Assembly: GCA_002189035.1 (NCBI GenBank)
Contig: NEEC01000010.1
Location: forward strand, 124,001 to 188,000
Reading direction: 5' to 3'
Length of the DNA stretch: 64,000 nucleotides
From: Utricularia gibba
Lineage: Eukaryota; Plantae; Magnoliophyta
Position numbers and translations under genes: made by a program. Shown one piece after another: positions 12,900 through 25,475 of the stretch (its first letter is position 1; each line of letters opens with the position of its first letter). The notes below the pieces were generated by a model, which saw nothing but the letters and a program-made list of their open reading frames with translations, ran no database searches and had not been told where the DNA came from.

Positions 12900-15800
12900 T
12901 TAAATGAATTAGTGATAAGTATGACTAGTGTTACAAAAAGAAAATAGATGAAAGGAAAAACATTGAGAAATGAGGAAAACCTAGGGGATCGAAGAGGGAT
13001 CTGCTGATCATAGACAGTTTGTATCGTTGTGAAGTCCAATCTATTGAGAGTTTTGTGGTGGTGCCAATATCATGGAAATTCGTAGGCTTATATCCGAGTG
13101 AAATATGAAGGGTTTCATTTTGAAAGGAGCTGATTTAGACAAGGGTAAGCGGAATGATGTGTTCTGAATTTATGTGCGGTGTTCTACGTGCAAATATATG
13201 TTTACTTGATTGTCTATTTGTTTCATGGTTTTTGTGTGCGGATTGACTATGATTCATGAATTATGTCGCATGTGACTTTTGTATCTTTATATTTTAATAA
13301 TGTCTCAAAAAGAATTTATCAGTTTAGAGATGACAGTAAGAAGTTATGAGTTTATTTTAAAATCTTTGAAATCTATTGAGCCTTAAAAATTGGTTTTCGA
13401 GTACAATTTCTAGTTTTTGTAACTTTCTACAGGATGTTTGAATTTTTATTATTTCTGTTATTGGATAAAGCCTTGCTCCTTAGCTTTCAAATTAGTAATT
13501 TTAAATAAGAAAAAAGTTCATGAAATATGACAAGATGTTCATATGTATCGTGATATGTCATGAGATTGAGGTGCAGTGTTTTGAAGTAGAAAACTTATAG
13601 AGGAGCTATGGACGCACACTCATATATGTTAAGCATGCTTGAGGTAATTCCTCATGGATTTTTAGCCATCAAATGATATGTTAAGCACCCCTCTATAGAT
13701 TTCATAAGGTCAAAGCCAAAGAGAACCTTTTGATCTTTGTTTCTAAGGTTGCAAGATTGAAGTTATTGAGGTCAAGGGGCTACAATCATACACGTAAATG
13801 GTTACATAGTTAATGGACTCATAATATGTTTAATGTTACCTTTTATTCTTCATGTTTTATAATGAGACTTTATTCTGAATGGCCACATACTTAATCTATA
13901 TGTCCTTGAATTTTATATACTACATTCAGTGTCTTGATTACTAATTATTCCAGGAAACGAGCAGGAAATGCAAGATTAGGTGTTGTAATCCAGGTCATAA
14001 GGAAAGAGACCACACTACTAGCTATTTTGGTGCCCAAACTAGTCCTTGTGTTTTTAGGTTGTCTTTGTGAGTTCTTTAAACATTGAGTTTATGTAGGAAG
14101 TCGTATCAATTAAACTAAATATGTTGTCCACACCATGTTTACTATGGTTATATGAATGACTTTCTTTTTGTTTCACCTCTTCCTATGAGTTTAAGTTGAT
14201 AGGATAATAGGACCTTATGTTCCTTCTTTGGAAATATGGCATCAAAGCCTAAGTTCATAATCTATGAATTTGGGCCTTGACATTTTGCTATCAAAGCGGT
14301 TTTCTTAGTATTCAAGGAAGCGAAATAGATCATAGCACTACATGGTAATTTAGTGTGTGTAAATTTCCTTATGTGGTTATGTGTAGGGAAAAATGCCATA
14401 AAGAACTAGGGCTAATGAGCATAGTATGCCCAACGAGAATGAGCAAGGTGATGATCAGCAGTGTAGAACTTGGCTAACATGACAGCATCATTAGTTCACG
14501 AAAGAGTTGATTGGGGTGATCCAGTGATTAGGGAAGGTACTAGTGTGGAGAATATAGCTACAACAAGTAAGAATCTGATATACGAAAAATTTAGCACACG
14601 TCTTATATATGCAAACTCTTCGAAAAAATAAATTAATAATCCTAATTTATGTCTAAACATACAACAAATATGAGCATAGTGATTAGGGTCGAATATAAAG
14701 AGTAAGTGTTTGTCATGTGATTATCGATGCATATAATCAATATCACAGTTGATAGATTTATACTAAGCTAGGATTAAGGCAAATCTACAATAAAATACAA
14801 TAGAAAAAATGCAATAAACTTTTGAACTTGGTTGTAGCTAAAAATGAGTTGGGTGATGTCTTGGGACTTCTAGGGTTAACATGCAAATTGCTACAACTAC
14901 CTTTTGGTGTATCTCTAATTAGGGTTGTTATAGTGAACTTCACTATTTCTCTCTCCTGAATCTATCATGATTTGTATGAAAATAATATGACATTTGGTTA
15001 ATATAATTTTGTGAACAACTAACTTATTAACCCCTTTATCCTAAGGCACCATTAGGTGCTCTAGCTACTCATGATAAAGGAAAGGAAAATGCTTTTATGA
15101 CATAACATAATCACCATTCTTGTTTCAAAGTTAAAAAATAGTAAAGAATGCATAACAAAGCATAAACAACAAATCATTCACACAGAAAAACTAAAAACTA
15201 TTCTCAACGAGGAATAGTGTTCTTCAAGAGTAGAAGAAATCTTCAACATGAAGCTTGTTTTCGTGGATCATCTTCGCCGTTCTTCCGTGAGTTCTTCCCC
15301 TCTAGATCCTTTTCCCCAAGTCTATGGCGTGATGCTTGAGGGTTAAGATATTTCTTATCTCTCCCATCATTTTCGAAAATCCTTTTCTTTTTTTCTTTGT
15401 GATTTGGTTATACTTCTTTCAACCTTTTGTTCATATTCTCTACAATTTCATTGTGCTCTTTTCGACTACTAGAGAATTGGGCTGTTGACATACACTGCAT
15501 TGCTCAGGAAAACTATTAGAACTAAGGTTGGGACTAAAAGATTTGGTCGCAAAAATATCAAAATACATAATAAACTTGAGTTTTGTAGTACAATATGAGT
15601 CATTTTCCTTCACTCAAATACTTAAAAATATATGTTATCAGAACCGATCTGACGGAACTTTGAGGAGCTACCATGAGGCTTTGAAGAAGGTGGAAATTCA
15701 AGTATTTTCCAAAAGAAGTTTAGAGAATGCAGAAACTTGGCTGCTTAGGTTGGAGTAAAAGTTTGAGTTGGTGGAATATTGTGAGGAGATGAAAACAACT

Positions 15801-16100
15801 CTAGTTGTGCATTGGCTGGAGGGAAATGCTGCCAGCTGATGGAGGAGTGTGGCCGATAATGTGTTAGATGGCAATAAGACCTCATAGCATAATTTCAAGA
15901 AAGCTTTCATTGTCAACTTTTTCTGAAAAGAATTGAAAAAGGTGAAGAAAACATAATTTGTGAAGTTTAGTAGTCAAGGAAATTTGACAATGATGCATTA
16001 CTTGGAGAAATTCCAAGTATATTGCAAGTATGCCTCAAAGTGGATGGCTAATGAAGTATAATAAGGCTAAAAGATGATTGCGGAAGAGTGGAAGAAAACT
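12900..16100 (+). mobile_element. Decayed Tekay/Del-like Ty3/gypsy remnant: partial LTR ending at 14282, Met-type PBS, gag interrupted by a solo LTR
   Basis: LTR-like end GGGCCTTGACA (14282) followed by TGCTATCAAAGC (14286-14297, ~TGGTATCAGAGC); gag remnant at 15641-16080 (AETWLLRLE, LEGNAASWW, NFKKAF). Confidence 0.7.
14576..15640 (-). mobile_element. Solo LTR (1065 bp) of the Athila A family, inserted in the Tekay gag
   Basis: Both ends match the 5535 and 10332 LTR termini in reverse complement; flanks GAATC (14571-14575) / GAACC (15641-15645) form a 5-bp TSD with one mismatch; the second gag copy near 21050-21075 shows the empty site. Confidence 0.88.
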
Positions 16101-16549
16101 CTCCCATGCAAAAGAACACATTTGGAAAATTTCACAAAGGTCTTGCCTTAGACTAGGAAATGAAAGTGTATTATCAAGGGTCAACCATATTAAACTTTAT
16201 TTTTATTTTATTTTATTTTGCTACATTTCTTTAGAATTTTGACCAAGAACACCATATGATGGTTCCACATAAGACAAGGTAATTATGGGGAGTAATTTCA
16301 AGTTTTTTAAACCCTATTCTTCATTTTCTCCTACATTTTCATGTACGGGATGTAAGAAAAATTTTATTCTACATGCAAGAAATTCTAACATCAAGGCGAC
16401 TTTAATCTCTCAAATGCAAAGGGGCCATGTCTTGCAAATCCGTAATGAGGAAGAGCACACCTATTGAGGCTTATCCAATAAGGAACATTTGCATGAGAAA
16501 TGTACAATAAGCTTGAGATACTATACTTAACATGGACTTTTAAGGATGT

Positions 16550-17682
16550 ATGTTAGAAAAGAAGTATCATAACATATGTGTTAGTAGGCTCAATAAGCTG
16601 GATAAGGAAATCTCTACCCATAAAGAATTACCCATAAAAAAGCTTCATATATATAATCACATATGTCGGAGTTAGAAATTGGTACATGAAGTAGGATAGC
16701 CTTTATCTTGTTCCTAGGGAAAATGTGTAGTGAAGAACGTAAATCAGGAATTTGAGCAAAACAAAGGATGGAAGCATAAAACCAGTTACAGGAAGGGAAT
16801 ATCAAATCGGTTGCAACACAACCTCATCAATTAAGGCTACGAATTGGACAGTGGCACGTGCTAAGGGGATCCAGGCCCTTGCAAACTAGAATGGGGCAGC
16901 ATTAGGCTTTGAAAAGCAGCCGACTTGTGAGAATCCCTGTGCAGGTTGCGGTTACATGCCAATAAGGCCACCTATGTAGTTGGCATGATCACCAAGCATA
17001 GAAAATCACTAGCATCCATTAAAATTGGTCAAGAAGGCCTCTTCTATAAATAGGAGAATATTTAAGAAACAAAATATTTTACATTACTCTCAATCCTTGT
17101 AAACCTCTTCTTTCCTCTTCATAATGAAATCTTTTTCTCTGATAAGTTCCCCTAGCTTTGTGGTTTTCCGTTCTAATGGTTTTCATGTAAAAAATCCATG
17201 TTTCTTCTTTCTTCTTTATTACTTTACAGACAGCTACTAATCGGTTTAATACCTGAGAATCGAACATGCATTATCGATTTAACTATGATAGAACATATGG
17301 AGCTAAGTTACCTTTTGAATGAAAGTTAATGCATTTTTTTCTCATGATATAATATTAAGTCTAAGCTAGTACTAATATAGCATGAACAACAAGATATAGT
17401 AAATTCAAGAAATAAAGAAAATAAAATTATGATCAAGAAGAAATAATTGTGATACCTTAAGATTATAGAGGTAGTATTTTCATCACTACTCTCATCCTTT
17501 GAAAGACCTTCTTTACCACAAATGGTCTGATCCAATGTGATTTATGGTTCCTTGGATGTGACTTTAATCTAGACTAAAATAGCTATACTTTTTGGACAAC
17601 TTCAAAAGATGTTTTGGAAATGTGTATATCATGAGAATCCTTCATCCTAGCTTTGAATAACTTTGAGCTTTTGTAGACATCA
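16550..17682 (+). mobile_element. Possible LTR remnant
   Basis: TG start and CA end, CTATAAATAG TATA-like box at 17044 and an ATGGAGCTAAG motif resembling gypsy LTR internal motifs; no TSD found. Confidence 0.35.
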
Positions 17683-18167
17683 TTCTTCAATCCTTGCAAT
17701 TTAAAAATCTGTTGCATTCTTTGACTTGCATTGTTATTTGTATAAATGAGCAATCACCACAAATGTGCATTTGCAATGCTTGTGATACTATTATTTTTAT
17801 AATACTTTTATTTTTTTTTATACAAAAGCATAAACTTTGCAATGCATATTTGAAATGCTTAAAAAAAATTTTTAAAAAAACTGTGCTTATAGTGCTAGTC
17901 ATTATTTTTATTTTTTTAAAAAAAGCATAAGCACCACAAATGCATATATTTGGACTACAAGGAGTATGCAATGCAAATGTATAATTGTTTTGTTTCCAAT
18001 TATTTTAGCTGTTTCATCGAAAGTGAAAGTAGTGAAAATGCACATTTGCATTGCTTTTGATTTTAATAGATGTAACTTATCACCTAAACATAGAGTCCAG
18101 TTTATTTTATAAGCTATATAGGACTTATTCATTGACTAACCAAATATTCAAATGTAAAATGAATAAT

Positions 18168-18790
18168 TGTAATGACTCATTGTGTCCTTACATGATATTG
18201 TGTGCTTGGGGCACCTAACCTATAAGGTTTTACGTTCTCCCCTTTTGGGAAAAAGATATTATGCAAGATTAGAGAAGATCCTCTATATAAATTGTCCCTC
18301 TATTATATTTGTAATCAACATGAGATTTGTCTAAGGTCCTTACACCATTCCTTGAGATGGGCCCTTAAGCTTCTCTTGGAAACTTAGTATCCTTGCTAAG
18401 GTTTGCTCCACCACTAGTTATAGGTCTAGTATACAAAATGTAATGACTCACTCTATCCTTATATGATATTGTCTTCTTTGTACACCCACATCTCATGACA
18501 TGACATCCTTCCCTTCTAGAGAAAAAGCCTTATGCAAGATTAGAAAATGTAACTCTATATAAACTATCTCTCTAGCTTGTCCATCTGATGTGGAATTTGC
18601 ATATGATCTTTACACCCTTACTCGAGTTGAGCCCTTTCACCCCCTCGGGAACCTAGCATCCTCGTTGAGGCTTGCCTCAGCATCAGTTATAGGCCTAGGC
18701 TTGGCTCTAATATCAAATGTAATGATCCATCATCTCCTTATATCATATTGTATATTTTGGATATTCAACTCTTACAATTTTACATTTTTC
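18168..18790 (-). mobile_element. Tandem-array TRIM: three short terminal repeats and two ~95-105-bp internal domains
   Basis: Repeats begin TGTAATGA at 18168, 18439 and 18718; the first two end TTACA (18344, 18614; 177 and 176 bp); a Met-type PBS (reverse complement of GCTCTAATATCA, 18704-18715) abuts the third repeat. Confidence 0.8.
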
Positions 18791-18929
18791 CCATGTAGAA
18801 AAAAAGTCTCATACAAGAGGGAAAGTTTCTCTACATAAAATATTCTTGTATCCCATTTATAATTAATGTGGGATTCACCTAATGTCCTTACACTCTTATT
18901 TGAGGTTTCAGAACTAGGATTTAAATAGG

Positions 18930-19990
18930 AGGGAGAGAACACATAGAGCAAACAAAGATTAAACATGCAACATGATGGGAAAATACATTCGGAAGTAGGA
19001 AAATGTGGGAGATCAAAGGGAGATCTGTGGACAATGATATTCTAGAAATAGTTTGCATCATTCTAGAGTTCAATCTGTTGAGAGTTGTGTAGTGATGTAT
19101 ATGAAAAGTTTGACTCTGGAAGGAGCTTATTTGAATTGTGCTTACATGAATGTCAATGTGTTTAATGATTTTTATATGTTGATTGGCCATGATTCTTAGC
19201 ATATGGTGAATATAGCTTTTGCATCTCTTTATGTTTCGTTTCAATAAGACTTTCTTGGTTTGGAGATAGGAGCAGGGCTTTATGACTTTGTTTTTAAAAC
19301 CTCTCAAATCTATTGAGCTCGATAAATTAGTATTTAAGTCCGATTTCTAAATTTCATAACTCTCTACTAAGTGCTTGAATTTTGCTGATTTTTGTTGTTG
19401 AAGAAATCGTTCTCCTTACCTTTTAAATTATTTTTATTTGGTAATTTTAAATAAGGAAACATCTATAAAATATGACATGGTATCCATGTATATCATGAGA
19501 TTGAGGTACATAATGTCTTTTTGAAGTAGAAGACTTATAAAGGATGGGCAATGGATGCACATTCCTTTATATGCAACTCCTTATGTAGTTTTAGCCATAA
19601 GACTATATGAGATTGAAGAATTGAAAGAAAAAGTAAAGAGGGGCTGCAATAACGTGAGATTGGGGGTTGGTACCCCTATACTGATTTTATGAGGTCAAAT
19701 CCACAAGAACCTCTTGACCTTGGTTTTTAAGGCTACTAAACTAAAGTTATTATGGTCAATGGGTGCAGCAACCATGGATGTAAATGGTTATATAGCTAAA
19801 GCACTCATAATATAGGATGTGCTAAATGTTATTGTTAATTCTTCTTGTTTCTTAATGAGCTTTTATTCTGAATAGTTATAATTGCTCTACATGACCTTTT
19901 TGACTCTATGTATTGGATCCAATGTGTCAATCGCTAATTTTTCCAGGAAACAAACACACAAGGAAGGATTACATGTGTTAAGTTTCTCGT
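18930..19990 (+). mobile_element. Second copy of the Tekay-like LTR sequence
   Basis: Collinear similarity to ~12940-13980 (e.g. aatctattgagc, ggtaattttaaataag, catgagattgaggt, gaagtagaa(a/g)acttata, aggtcaaa). Confidence 0.7.
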
Positions 19991-20029
19991 AGACATCATG
20001 TGTCCTCAATACAGTGGAATTTAAAATTT

Positions 20030-20871
20030 TTCCAGAAACCCAAACCATAGATCTTGTAATACGGTATATATCAAATAAAGTGATTCTAAAAATACCTTTC
20101 TGTGGACTTCGTTGTTCACCAACCATCAATAATAGACAGCCTCTATGGTATTCACTCCATCGATAACCTTCTCAAGGCCATAGAATAATAGTTGATATCC
20201 TCAGATGCTAGTAGAAAAAGTCACCTCTTGTACATAAATCTCAAAGAGAATTTAATGATCTACTCAAACTCTTTGAGTGTCATTAACCTTGGCACAACAC
20301 TTACTATTAGGCTTGATGTAATTTATTGAGATAAGATCTCATAGCTTACATAAGTGATGAATCTTTTAATGATCAATTAACTATCTCTAACCCTAATTAG
20401 TCACATTCCTTCTCATCCATATTAGGCAAGCTATGATAAGACTACCATTAGTGATGAGCAAAAATGTGAGTTTAAAACCAAGCTAACTTTTTTGATCTCA
20501 AGTTTAAGTTTACTTATACAACTATAATATTCGAGGTCTTGCTACTGACACTTGGTTAGCTTTACATAGTAGCATCTCGAAGATGAGTAATCCAATGAAT
20601 CACTTTTCTAATCGACGCCCACACATTAGTTCTAGCAATGTGCTAGCTTATTCGTATTCGTGATATTCTCATTTCACAAATATTTTAGCTAGAGAATTTT
20701 TAACGTAAGAATAAATGCTTGAAGAATTTCACATTATAATCTCATCATATAGATTAAGTAGAGGATTTTATCAATAATATAAATTTGATCACAATTCAAA
20801 ATAAATATCAAAAGATAAGATTTGTCAGTGATTTGATTGTCTCTAGAACACATATATTAACAATCTCCCTA
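20030..20871 (-). mobile_element. Angela-like Ty1/copia 3' LTR remnant with PPT
   Basis: The minus strand reads TAGGGAGAT (PPT, 20863-20871) then TGTTAATATATGTGTTCTAGAGACAA (LTR start at 20862), a junction pattern typical of Angela-type elements; inverted homolog at 21397-22027. The left boundary is uncertain. Confidence 0.7.
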
Positions 20872-20989
20872 ACAAATGGATCAAGGAAAAATAGCCCCAA
20901 AAACATGTTTTTACACAAAATAAATTTACTAATACTAATTTTAAAATTTTTACTTATTCTAACTCATTTAATTGCTTATCATAGGACTA

Positions 20990-21396
20990 AAAACACCACA
21001 AATATCACCTATTTGGACACAACATCAAAGGAACTGTGTGGGGCACCTCAATACAACAAGTGAGGACCAATTTGATGGAACATTGAGGAGTGACCATGAG
21101 GCTTTGAAGAAGGTGGGAATTCAAGCTTTTTTCCGGAGGAAGTTCGGAGAATGCATAAACTTGGCTACTTAGGTTGGAGGAAAATTTTGTGTTGGTGGAA
21201 TGTTGTGAGAGATGAAAACAACTCTAGTTGTGCACTTACTAGAGGGGGAATGCTCCTAGTTGGTAGAGGAGTGTGGCAGATAATGTGTTAAATGATAATA
21301 AGACCTCATTGCCTATTTTCAAGGAAGCTTTTTTGACAATTTCTTCCGAAAGGAGCTGAAGAAAGTTGAATTTGTGAAGTCTAATCAAGGGAATCT
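20990..21396 (+). mobile_element. Second Tekay-like gag remnant
   Basis: Roughly 80% similar to 15641-15990 (catgaggctttgaagaaggtgg, atgaaaacaactctagttgtgca). Confidence 0.8.
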
Positions 21397-22450
21397 TCTT
21401 AGTGTATGTGTTCTAGAAACAATCAACTTATTGGTAAATCTTATCTTTTGATATTTATTTTGAATTGTGATCAAATTTATTTCAATAATAATATCCTCTA
21501 CTTGATCTATGTGCTGCAGAAATTATAATGAGATCATAATGTGAGATTTTTCAAGCATTTATTTTCAAGTTAAAAATTTTTTGACTAGAGTATTTGTGGA
21601 ATGAGTATATTATAAATGCGGATAAGTTGGAACATATTGAGTTCACTAAATTTTTTAGGTAATAATTCTCATAATTGATGTAATGAGATGGCTAAAACCA
21701 ATGTATGGATGCTGATTAAAGAATCGTTCATTGAATGACTCGTTTTTCGAGATGCTGTTATGAGAAGTTAACCCATTGTTAATACCAAGATGCCGAATAT
21801 ATAACCATGCAAGTAAGTTTAGACTTGAAGTCAATAAAGTTATCTTGATCTTAACCTTAAATTTTCTCTCATTACTAATGAGAGTCTAACCATAGCTTGT
21901 CTAGTATGGATGAGAAAGGATGCGACTTCTTAAGGTTGAAAATAGTAGATTGATCAGTAAATGATTCATCACTCATGTTAACTATAAAATCTTATCTCAA
22001 GTAATTACATCAAGCTTAACGGTAAGCCCTGGGTCTGTCATTTAATATTAGTGTTGAAATGTAATTATAAGTTAAATATAGCAAAAAGACACATGCCCAT
22101 GTTTTGGTATCAAATGACATATAAATATAATGAAAGTTATTCATTGTATGGCGTCTAGTCTTAGAAAAACTCAATCAGTTCACCTGATTATTATTACATT
22201 TTGTGAATTATGATATGTTGCTAGATATTACTCACACTGGATACTAATGGATTTAATGAATTAAGAATTAATTAATAAATTCATTTTTACGATCTTAATT
22301 GAAGAAGTTTATAGAATCACATACAATAATGAATTCACTCATCGACACAAAATAAAATGATATAATTACATAAGATATAATTGGTAAAGTAGATATATTA
22401 AATAGATAGTTATTTTGAGGTTAATATTAATTAAACTCAAAATAAAAGAT
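21397..22450 (+). mobile_element. Angela-like copia LTR remnant inserted into the gag remnant
   Basis: Starts TCTTAGTGTATGTGTTCTAGAAACAA; 21397-22027 is the reverse-complement homolog of 20299-20862. The right boundary is uncertain. Confidence 0.65.
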
Positions 22451-23139
22451 ATGATATAGATAATATTTATGAATATATATCTATTAGCCTTTCGTGAGAT
22501 AAGATATGCATGGAGATTTGATTAGAATGAACTCAATGATAGAATCAAAATGAGGATGTATTCAAATTCAGGAATGAACTCAATGGTAGGATCAGAATGA
22601 GCTATGTAAGTTTAATGAGATTATAGCTGCAGCAGTAAGAGTGGAAATTGAATTAAAGTTACATTGCCATAATGCTTTACTTTTGAACCAATTTTTCTAA
22701 ATAATTGTACTAGTATGCTTACATTGGCAATTTACCCTACTTTTATTGTTTTTTTATTTTTTAATCACATTATCATAAATAATTCTGACATAGATACCTA
22801 TATCAGAATAATTTTATATACTAATCAATATATATATATATGTTAATACACATTATAAAAATCTGTTAGTGCTAATGCACTTTAGTTATTAATTAATTTT
22901 TATACATGTTCAATATCAATTGAAATTTGCTTGAAATGTTTAAAAAAATTTGTAATTCAGTTTTTTTTTATACACAACAATAATGTTATTCATTAAAATA
23001 TTATTTATTCATCTGAAAATTGTGAAAGTATTTTACATATTTTTAATCATATATAATAATAGTCATTATGGTTATGAAGTAATAAAAATTAAGAATTAAG
23101 TAAGAAAAAGTATTTTTTTTAAATATGTTATATGTAATT

Positions 23140-23400
23140 TTTAAAATTTTTTATTTATTTGATAGTGGGACTAATCATTCTTTTGTGTCCAAGAATTTTG
23201 CCAGAGTTTTAGAAAAAACAAGAAGGGATGTTTATTTGAGAGTATCCTCCTCTCTACATATGAGGAAACATAAGTCTAGGAAATCATACGGGCAATACAA
23301 AGTGGTGATTGTGGGGCAGATGTTTCTAGCAAATTTAATAGAGTTGGATATGGCAAGTTTTGATGCGATTTTGGACGTTGAGTAGCTAGTCAGGCTTTTT
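23140..23400 (+). mobile_element. Retrotransposon aspartic protease remnant (Tekay/Del type)
   Basis: YLFDSGTNHSFVS and LANLIELDMASFDAILD motifs (RVP_2-like). Confidence 0.8.
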
Positions 23401-25475
23401 ACGTGGAAAGCAAGAACTCAAAATCGCAAGAATTGGGAGTGCTAAGACAATATCGTGCATGGAAAAAATGGATCATTACAATAATTTAATCGAATGGCCA
23501 TCTTGGAAATAGTTTGGAAACAAAATTATTAGTTTGATAATTAACAATTTGCCAACTCGGCCCGAATGTCCAAATTAAGAATTTAATTTCTTTTATCTTT
23601 CCAAAAAGAGGGTTCTGCACTTTTATTTGAAATGTTTAGAATAGAATATGAAAATGATACTTGAACAATTTTTTTAAAGTAAATATATTTTTTTTTCAAT
23701 AATCACCTTGCTGATTTACAAAAAAAAGCATTTTAAAGGTCTTGATGAATCTTCGAGAGAATGCAATCGTGCAGTTTAATGAAAACTACATGGTCCTAAC
23801 ATGTTTTTTTAAAAAATATTTTTTTTCAATAGTTACCATGTTGATTTATAAAAAAAAATTAAAAGATATGAGATGAAATCTTTCAAGTTTTACATTTAAT
23901 TATAAGGAAAAATTAATGAATATCACTAATTTGAGAGAATGGAGATATGTGATTTAGTGCAATCTGCATGACCTCGCCTTATTTTTTTAAAAATAAATTA
24001 TCACGTTACAAAAAAACAATTGAAAGATATAGATGAAATGTTAGAAGTTTTCCATTTAATTATAAGAAAAAAATAATGAATATAATTATATGGTATGCAC
24101 ACTACACTTTGAGGGAATGGAATCATGTGGTTTAGTGCAATACTTTTGCAACGACTTACAATAATCACGATCAGTTTTAAAAGACCCAAAATTGGAGAAG
24201 CATGAAGGTTTAGTCCAGCACATATTTATCAACTATAAAGAGATTTTATCTATTTGGACATCAATATTGATACCTGCAGAAGCTATGAATAATCATCCCA
24301 AAATGGACTCCAAAACTTTAGAATTTTCAATTTATATGGGAATGACTAAAAAATCAACAAAAAAAATTAAATCAAACACTTTATCAACTCTACATCACAT
24401 CTTAAAGACTGCGAATCAGAAATATTATCATAGTGCCCTCCTTATGAGACATCATAAAGACTTTTCAAATCAGAGGTATTACCATGGAGCCCTCATTACA
24501 AGGCACCTAGAAGGCTCCACAGACTACATATATTTATTTCCATAAGGCCCTTGCCATGATGTACCCTGAAGACTTCGTGCATAGGAGATATTACGACTGA
24601 ACCTTGTCGTGATAAGTATACAAATGCTAGAAAGTGCTCTCAAGAAGCCTAGAGATTTTAATATGAAAGAAATCAAGACTGTATATGGAATTAGTTGATG
24701 TCACAGGATCTTTTCTCAAAATGTTGATCAACTTACTTCAACTTCACAATTCATGGATATGGATCAAACCAAAAACGAGGCAACCTCAGATGCCATGATG
24801 ACATCGGTTTTTAAACTCACATACCAAATGAGTAAGGTTTTTAAAACATGGTGGACATTCCTAGTTGTGTTTGTATTCGTTAGGATTAAACCACTAAAAC
24901 TAACTGCAAAATAGTTAGTTTTTTTTAAAAAAAATTACCATAATCAAAAAATCCATGTAAATTAACTTCAAAAAAAGTATGTTTGATTTTAAATTTTAAA
25001 ATAATTTTAGTTTTAATGATATGCATTTCAAAATGCATATTCACGTGAAAATTAATGACATCAAAATTAACCAATGGCTTGTGTTTTTTATTAAAATAAT
25101 ACAATTTTAGAGTTATTCATATTTATTTGACTTTTTAGGAATGTTAACTTTAAAACAATGCGTATTAGTTACACGACTGGACTCCCTATTTCGGGTGTTG
25201 GAGCATTGAGCTTCTTCGTGCCTCACTGCATGCATTTTGTCTATACTGCATTCGTAAATATTTTCATTCTATTGGTAAAACTATGTTCATTTCCAATACT
25301 TACGCATGTGTTCCTTTTTTTATGAGTGTGTGTATTATTTATTTATTTATTTGCTGCTGTTTTTAAGGTACATGGAACACGACGATCTATTTCAACCATA
25401 TAAAATCAATCCTTCTATTCTGTTGGATCATTGACAAAAATTTAGCAAAAACTATTTTTTGTAGAAACTAAGAGG

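Noticed and set aside
15468-15490. GAATTGGGCTGTTGACA as a gypsy LTR end
   Set aside because: It lies inside the Athila solo LTR bounded by the TSD, and no PBS follows it.
22515-22620. Two ~47-bp direct repeats (GAATGAACTCAAT...)
   Set aside because: A short local duplication in TE-derived DNA with no further structure.
23660-24170. A/T-rich tandem-like repeats as a CRISPR-like or satellite array
   Set aside because: Only two or three degenerate low-complexity copies, with no constant repeat/unique spacer pattern, in a eukaryotic context.
24192-24545. 117-aa ORF as a real gene
   Set aside because: It has a non-ATG start, lies in TE-rich DNA and has no recognisable domain; only its internal repeat is reported.
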